DNA from: a virus
Virus record (IMG/VR): IMGVR_UViG_3300034073_001700
Coordinates: 56,143-120,142 of that record
DNA length: 64,000 nt
Reading direction: 5' to 3' (one strand)
The translations under genes and the position numbers were made by a program. The notes under the pieces were generated by a model that saw nothing but the letters and a program-made list of their open reading frames with translations, was not told the DNA's origin and made no database searches. Within the stretch, counting starts at the first letter, position 1; each line of letters begins with the position of its first letter. Shown piece by piece: positions 58,889-64,000 of this stretch.

Positions 58889-58903
58889 TACTTTATTATA
58901 GCA

Positions 58904-58947
58904 AACAGAAAAGCCCAGCCTTTTCAAATATGACTGGGCTATCTGTT
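58904..58947 (-). terminator. terminator after the major tail gene
   Basis: AACAGATAGCCCAG...CTGGGCTTTTCTGTT inverted repeat with T-tract. Confidence 0.7.
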
Positions 58948-58958
58948 ATTAAGTTGTA

Positions 58959-59591
58959 TTATGCTGGAACTACTGCTGGGATTGTACGATCTACAATCTT
59001 GCCATATGACGCATCATCATTTGGAAGTAGGCGGAATGAAACTTCAAACATTGTAGCCTCATCACGCTTTGCGCCAACTGTTACGCTCTCAATAGAGAGT
59101 GCACGGTAAGCGACATAGACTCTTTCAATCTGATCAGATGCAGCGCAATCACCAGTTCCTGGACCAACGGCAACCAAACCACGCTCGACAGGGCATTCAC
59201 CGATGTCGCCTGCAGAAAGATTTAATGTTGGATTATTAGATACTGTTTCTAGATCGTCGTCTTTAGATGCAAGAGCAAATAGAAGATTTTCTAGTGTTGA
59301 CTCTGCAAATGTAGTATTTAGGTTAACCTGCATACCCTGCTTGTAGAGTTTAGCAACGTCAAGAACCTGGTCAACCTGTACTTCACCGAAGTCAGGCTGG
59401 AATTGGATTTCAAGACCGTTCATTGTATAACCAACATTACGGAAACTTGCGTCATTTGTCAAGGTTTCCTTGAATGAGACGTTGTCTACGTAGGCTGGTA
59501 AATCACCATCAGCGAGAACGCCATCTTCGTATGTGAAGAGTGCGGCTGCACCAACGATAATGTTATTGCTTGTACCACGAGTATAAGCCAT
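58959..59591 (-). CDS. major tail protein
   Basis: NIIVGAA, VGYT..GLE, VDQ..D; size and position. Confidence 0.85.
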   Translation of the reverse strand: MAYTRGTSNNIIVGAAALFTYEDGVLADGDLPAYVDNVSFKETLTNDASFRNVGYTMNGLEIQFQPDFGEVQVDQVLDVAKLYKQGMQVNLNTTFAESTLENLLFALASKDDDLETVSNNPTLNLSAGDIGECPVERGLVAVGPGTGDCAASDQIERVYVAYRALSIESVTVGAKRDEATMFEVSFRLLPNDDASYGKIVDRTIPAVVPA

Positions 59592-59657
59592 TTATTTCAC
59601 CTCTTTTTTTGTTTAGAATAAAAAGGCGTGTTTCCTCATTTCTAAGTATACAGCCTT

Positions 59658-60224
59658 TTATGAATTTACTGAGTCTATAATGTCCTGCATTTGATGGTAG
59701 TCGTAGTCGATGATGATCTTATTTCCCGCATAAGTTCGGGCTGTTCCAAAGTCGACTATATCACGTGCCTCTTCTAAATGATATATTTTAAAGTCATGGA
59801 AGTAGAACTTACACAACATGCCACCAATACCACCTGCATCACTTTTGGCTTTGGCCCATGCATTTAAGTCTTGAGCAGTTTCGTCTCCACGATCTAAGTA
59901 TCTCATTACTATTTCTTGTATTTGTATCATTGTTGGTACTGGATTGCTTGCCTGTGCATAAAAATAATACAAAACCTGCTCACACTTAATGTGCGGGAAT
60001 GGCCCCCTACGCATTCTAAACATTCTGTCCCAAACAGCCATGACTCCAGTTTCTGGAAATGATGTTTGAAGTGCCTCAAGACTGGAAGGGCCTGTTGGGA
60101 AAAATGGAAATATTAATGCTGGGCTTCCTGTATTTTCTGGATCTACAATAGGCTTAAGTTTTTCTTGTAAGTATGTATTAATCCATAGCACTGGTGTATT
60201 TAATACTGATGTAGATTCTGTCAT
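59658..60224 (-). CDS. tail terminator / neck protein (putative)
   Basis: Directly upstream of the major tail gene. Confidence 0.55.
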   Translation of the reverse strand: MTESTSVLNTPVLWINTYLQEKLKPIVDPENTGSPALIFPFFPTGPSSLEALQTSFPETGVMAVWDRMFRMRRGPFPHIKCEQVLYYFYAQASNPVPTMIQIQEIVMRYLDRGDETAQDLNAWAKAKSDAGGIGGMLCKFYFHDFKIYHLEEARDIVDFGTARTYAGNKIIIDYDYHQMQDIIDSVNS

Positions 60225-60892
60225 GTCATTGCTCCCGCCCTAACAACCCACTGATATCCTGTTTTTATTCCAGCATATCTTCCACTACGTTTTCCGTATG
60301 CTAGGTTTTTCTTGAATACTACTGGATTATTAAAATATTGTTTTAAACCGCTTGCCGTTAAAAATGACTGTCTAAAGTATATGCTAAAAAATTCATTAAT
60401 TGCTTTTGTAAATTGTCCTTCAGTATTTCCACCTGGATTATTTACGGTAACCTGATTAGGTGTGAATACCTCTACTCCATCTACCTCAAATGCTAAAACC
60501 TTTGACCTCTTGGGCTTAATGGTAACAGCAGCACCTCTTTCCATAATAGAAGCCTTATCATAAAATGGTACATTCGATCCGTTTTTAATACTTGTAGACT
60601 GTTTAAATTTAGATGTAAATACAATTCCAATTTTGCTAACTGTAAAGTCAATATCAAATAATCTTGCCTTAGGGCTTCCTGTTTGATGCCATTCATATAT
60701 ATGATGCAATGTTTCTGGATTAATTCTAGCGTTAGCATCTATATACTGAGAAGCAAGTTCTGCTATTTTTGGAGCGAGGGCAAAGTACATAGCGGTTTTG
60801 CCTTGTTGAGTTCCATCCAAAAAACCAAACGAGTATTTCATAATATTATCCATATCACGTTTAAATCTCTTAGATTCGATTCTTACTCTCAT
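60221..60892 (-). CDS. neck / tail-completion protein (putative)
   Basis: Position; LHHIYEW, ME.G..VTIKPK. Confidence 0.55.
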   Translation of the reverse strand: MRVRIESKRFKRDMDNIMKYSFGFLDGTQQGKTAMYFALAPKIAELASQYIDANARINPETLHHIYEWHQTGSPKARLFDIDFTVSKIGIVFTSKFKQSTSIKNGSNVPFYDKASIMERGAAVTIKPKRSKVLAFEVDGVEVFTPNQVTVNNPGGNTEGQFTKAINEFFSIYFRQSFLTASGLKQYFNNPVVFKKNLAYGKRSGRYAGIKTGYQWVVRAGAMT

Positions 60893-61338
60893 ACATCTAC
60901 CGCCTGATTTTCAGACCTACGAAGAATAAGTTTGTAGTATTCCACATCTCCAAATGGACCAGCAAAAGGGTCTTGGGTTGCTATTTCAAAAATAGTAGAC
61001 TTTCCTGCACGTGGACCTGATGTTTCTAAATAAATTTCATTACAGTTTTTATCTTTTATATTTGTGATAATAACATTTGTAATTGAATTACGAGCCTCTA
61101 AACTAGATATTCTAATGTCGGTTTTGCATCTGCCGAGAAGTAACTTGTCTTGTGTTATATTAATATTTGGAGTTACTTCTTCTTTCCATGCAGTTCCTGC
61201 TGAAGTAAAAGAACATGCAATGGTTCTGTCTAATATCCAAGTCTTTTTAACTTCTCCGTAAATTCCTTGCTCAACTATTGGGTGATATACATCTGCTTGC
61301 ATAGGAAATGCGAAGTCTGGAGTTTCGCATATAACCAT
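60889..61338 (-). CDS. head-to-tail stopper (putative)
   Basis: Position and size. Confidence 0.55.
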   Translation of the reverse strand: MVICETPDFAFPMQADVYHPIVEQGIYGEVKKTWILDRTIACSFTSAGTAWKEEVTPNINITQDKLLLGRCKTDIRISSLEARNSITNVIITNIKDKNCNEIYLETSGPRAGKSTIFEIATQDPFAGPFGDVEYYKLILRRSENQAVDV

Positions 61339-62216
61339 TACAATACTCCAACAAACTCAATCGGCTTGCGATATTTATCAAGTATCTTATCTACAATTAA
61401 ATTGCCAGTACCTTCAAATACTGCTTTATCAAATTGAATTCTAAATTGATCCGTATTGTATGCGCCAATATAACGCTTGTAATAATCTAATTTCCCACAA
61501 TCTATATCATGAATTAAAAGTTCTGTTGCTCTTACGATATCAGTTGGAACCTTGCTATATCCAACTTCTAAAACAACTGTATAGTCCCATCCTTTAGGAA
61601 ATCCTCGTGCTGAATAGTCTAACTCTGCAATATCTGTAGGAGATGCTGGTAACAAAATACGAGCAGATTCATCTCTATTAATTGCATCATTAAAAGTCAT
61701 TGTAATTGCAGATCCATCTGGAATAATCTCAAAGTGGGTTGGAGAATTTTCTAAATTATCTACATCATATAATAAAACGTTGTTTTCATAAACCTTCAAA
61801 ACCTTTTTAGCATCAACCCATATAGGCAAGTAATCTACGCCTTGTCCTGTTGTTTGAACTACTCTTTTCTTATAATAAAACTCTACATCACAAATAGAGT
61901 CTATAATGGCTCTTGCCAATTCTTCATTAGACGCATAAGCATTAATTTCTGTTGCTGTTGTTCCGTGCTGATTTGGGTCTACGTATGGCCTTACGACATC
62001 AACATAATGTTCGTCGCCATCTATATTAATTTGATATTGTGTATCATATTTTGAAGAAAGATTAATTGTTACTTTTGAATCTATGCCAGAAGTTACGCTT
62101 CCTTCTGTAATTGAAAAGTCCGCCATATCGACAATGGTATAGTCGTACTCTGTGGATGGTAATCCAACAGTTAGATCTACACTAAGACTATATGGCGGGA
62201 CTCTCAATATTTGCAT
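61338..62216 (-). CDS. head-to-tail adaptor
   Basis: GY..VP.DI..AT, TGNLIVDKIL..Y. Confidence 0.7.
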   Translation of the reverse strand: MQILRVPPYSLSVDLTVGLPSTEYDYTIVDMADFSITEGSVTSGIDSKVTINLSSKYDTQYQINIDGDEHYVDVVRPYVDPNQHGTTATEINAYASNEELARAIIDSICDVEFYYKKRVVQTTGQGVDYLPIWVDAKKVLKVYENNVLLYDVDNLENSPTHFEIIPDGSAITMTFNDAINRDESARILLPASPTDIAELDYSARGFPKGWDYTVVLEVGYSKVPTDIVRATELLIHDIDCGKLDYYKRYIGAYNTDQFRIQFDKAVFEGTGNLIVDKILDKYRKPIEFVGVL

Positions 62217-62702
62217 TTAGCGACCAAACTCCTTGGCTACTTCTTCTGGTGTAGCAAGTCTTGTATGATTGCGTGTAAGCCATTTCTCTGCTTGTTCTGG
62301 TGTCACAATGTTATATCCACGATATACCTTGCCAACTCCAGACCAACTTACATTCTTTGTAGAATGAATGGCAACTGTTTTCTTTGACTCTTGTTTGACA
62401 GCAGCAACAGCCTCTTTTGGCTTGTTCTCTACTTGAGTAACACCGATAACACCGTTAGCGACAGATCCTACAGCCTGCGCTGTTCCTGATCCTCTTGCTA
62501 AATCTTGTGTGGTAATTGAGTTATTATCTGCAGGCTCTTCTGCTGCAGAAATTTTAAACTTTTCCCAAGCGGTTGGTTCCTGAGCAACTGGCTCAGATAC
62601 TGCTGGCTCTGCATTTGCCTCTGGCATAGGAGCCTCAACAACTGATTCAGCAACGATTGGTGCCTCTACTGGTGTTTCATTATTTAAATTATTTTCTTCC
62701 AT
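62217..62702 (-). CDS. hypothetical virion-region protein
   Basis: Acidic N-terminus, C-terminal RLATPEEV; TGTTATAAT plus GGAGG. Confidence 0.7.
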   Translation of the reverse strand: MEENNLNNETPVEAPIVAESVVEAPMPEANAEPAVSEPVAQEPTAWEKFKISAAEEPADNNSITTQDLARGSGTAQAVGSVANGVIGVTQVENKPKEAVAAVKQESKKTVAIHSTKNVSWSGVGKVYRGYNIVTPEQAEKWLTRNHTRLATPEEVAKEFGR

Positions 62703-62748
62703 TATTTAACCTCCTATGTGAACTATTATAACAGAATACTAAAGATTA

Positions 62749-62781
62749 AGAGGGGGAGGAGATCTAGCCCCTGCCCCCTCT
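62749..62781 (-). terminator. terminator-like hairpin after the major capsid gene
   Basis: AGAGGGGGCAGG...CCTCCCCCTCT. Confidence 0.65.
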
Positions 62782-62801
62782 CAAAGGTTACTGATTACAG
62801 A

Positions 62802-63929
62802 TTATGCATCTGAAGCAGCGTCTGCCCATGCAATAGCGTCTTCTTCTTCCCATTGAATACCGAAGCGGACGAATACAGTGTATTCAATTGTGTCCTTCTT
62901 CGCAACGTATTCACGGTTGACGACGATATCACGCTGGAAGCCCCATACACGGTTCTGAGGGAATGTCAAATCGACATATCCATCTGGATAGTAAGGAACT
63001 TCTTGGACATCGATACCTAGAACACGTGTTGTACGTGCTCCACCGAATGTCTGGCCTTGACCATCAAGGTAGGCCTGTGTGTTTGCGTAGGTATTACCAT
63101 TCTTACCAAGTGCCTCAGCGATTGCATCAGACAATGTACCATTATTCTTAACGATACCTGCGAATGCATCTGTACCTGCGTAGAACTTAAGATTGTTCTT
63201 AAGTGCACGGTACTTACGTGGCATAGCAAGGATGATCTCCTGCATCTTTTCTGGAGTCCATGCATTGTCAGCAACGGTAATCGCTGCTTCATGTGAATCT
63301 CCATTGTCCTTGTGCTTCTTGATGAAGCCAGGCATAATTGAAAGGAATGGTGCTGTTGAACCATCACCATTAATTGCTAGATCTTCAATGTCATTAGCGA
63401 ATGCATTTGTCATCAAGCGTACGAGATGATCTTCTAATGCAGCCCCCTCGACATTGTCTTCTAGTGCTTCAGCAGAAACTTCCCAATCCAAACGGATTTT
63501 CTTTGTGGTAAGTTCTACCTTTGAGAACTGAGCACCAGTGTTGGTGTAGTCTCCGATTGCTTGTGCAGCAGCACGGATAACACGCTCTCCAACATTGATC
63601 TTCTCAAGTTCCATGGTGTTTGCTCGCATTGTCACACGACGACCATCTTGGGCGAGAATTGTTGCATCCCATACGTAGTCAATAAAACGACGTGCCTGTT
63701 CAGGGCGTAGGATTCCGCTTGCAGCATCACCCGAAGGATTAACGGCATTTGGACCAGTGGTAACACCAAAATTGGCATTAGGGATGTTTCCAAGTGTATC
63801 TGCACCTGGATCTGTTACACCACCAATACCACCTGAAGCGAATGCACCTTGACCTTGATAAAGACCAGGGGCTGTTCCGCCTAGTTCGCCAGATTCTCCT
63901 GGCTGGTTTTTCTTAATCTCTTCCGACAT
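62802..63929 (-). CDS. major capsid protein (HK97 fold)
   Basis: GILRPEQARRFIDY, E.LEDNVEG, FANDIEDLAINGD; GGAGG RBS. Confidence 0.9.
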   Translation of the reverse strand: MSEEIKKNQPGESGELGGTAPGLYQGQGAFASGGIGGVTDPGADTLGNIPNANFGVTTGPNAVNPSGDAASGILRPEQARRFIDYVWDATILAQDGRRVTMRANTMELEKINVGERVIRAAAQAIGDYTNTGAQFSKVELTTKKIRLDWEVSAEALEDNVEGAALEDHLVRLMTNAFANDIEDLAINGDGSTAPFLSIMPGFIKKHKDNGDSHEAAITVADNAWTPEKMQEIILAMPRKYRALKNNLKFYAGTDAFAGIVKNNGTLSDAIAEALGKNGNTYANTQAYLDGQGQTFGGARTTRVLGIDVQEVPYYPDGYVDLTFPQNRVWGFQRDIVVNREYVAKKDTIEYTVFVRFGIQWEEEDAIAWADAASDA

Positions 63930-63952
63930 ATTGTCACCTCCTAAGTGATTAC

Positions 63953-64000
63953 TTAATTAAATAAGTCGGCTGTTTTGAGGAAACGTCCGCCCCATAGGGA
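63953..64000 (-). CDS. 3' end of the upstream head gene (probable scaffold/prohead protease)
   Basis: ...SLWGGRFLKTADLFN* directly before the capsid gene. Confidence 0.55.
   Translation of the reverse strand, partial: SLWGGRFLKTADLFN

Noticed and set aside
1-64000. Prophage/host junction, integrase, DGR/retron or alternative genetic code
   Set aside because: No integrase, reverse transcriptase or housekeeping operon was seen. Genes read intact in the standard code with TAA, TAG and TGA all used as stops, and phage-style promoters span the whole window.

Overview
A 64 kb segment of a large, AT-rich, long-tailed (siphovirus-type) dsDNA phage. The host is very likely an actinobacterium: the window has WhiB, an MSMEG_6728-type glycosylase and leaderless extended -10 promoters, and the gene content resembles freshwater actinophages and Streptomyces BE/BK-type phages. 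Bases 1-7.3 kb are on the + strand and hold oxygenases, five tRNAs and a gpx-gpx-katG antioxidant cluster. Almost everything else is on the - strand. Accessory and tailoring genes lie at 7-21 kb (Hsp20, carbamoyltransferase, halogenase, sulfotransferases, 2OG oxygenases, WhiB, nucleases, proteases). Lysis and surface proteins lie at 21-27 kb, terminase at 27-29 kb, replication and recombination at 29-40 kb (RuvC, Cas4-like, RecA, DnaE, SSB, primase, DnaB), and tail/head genes at 40-64 kb. The most notable observations are: (1) a 3240-aa tape measure protein with an internal HipA/PI3K-like kinase cassette bounded by repeated motifs; (2) tail chaperones G and GT encoded as two paralogous genes rather than by a frameshift; (3) a phage-encoded KatG with two peroxidases inside the tRNA cluster; (4) several RNA-level elements, namely a ROSE-like thermometer on hsp20, a two-copy covarying pseudoknot, a hairpin covering both a promoter and an RBS, an unexplained tRNA-sized RNA and a probable AUU start. 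All product calls come from motif recognition by eye; no database searches were run.
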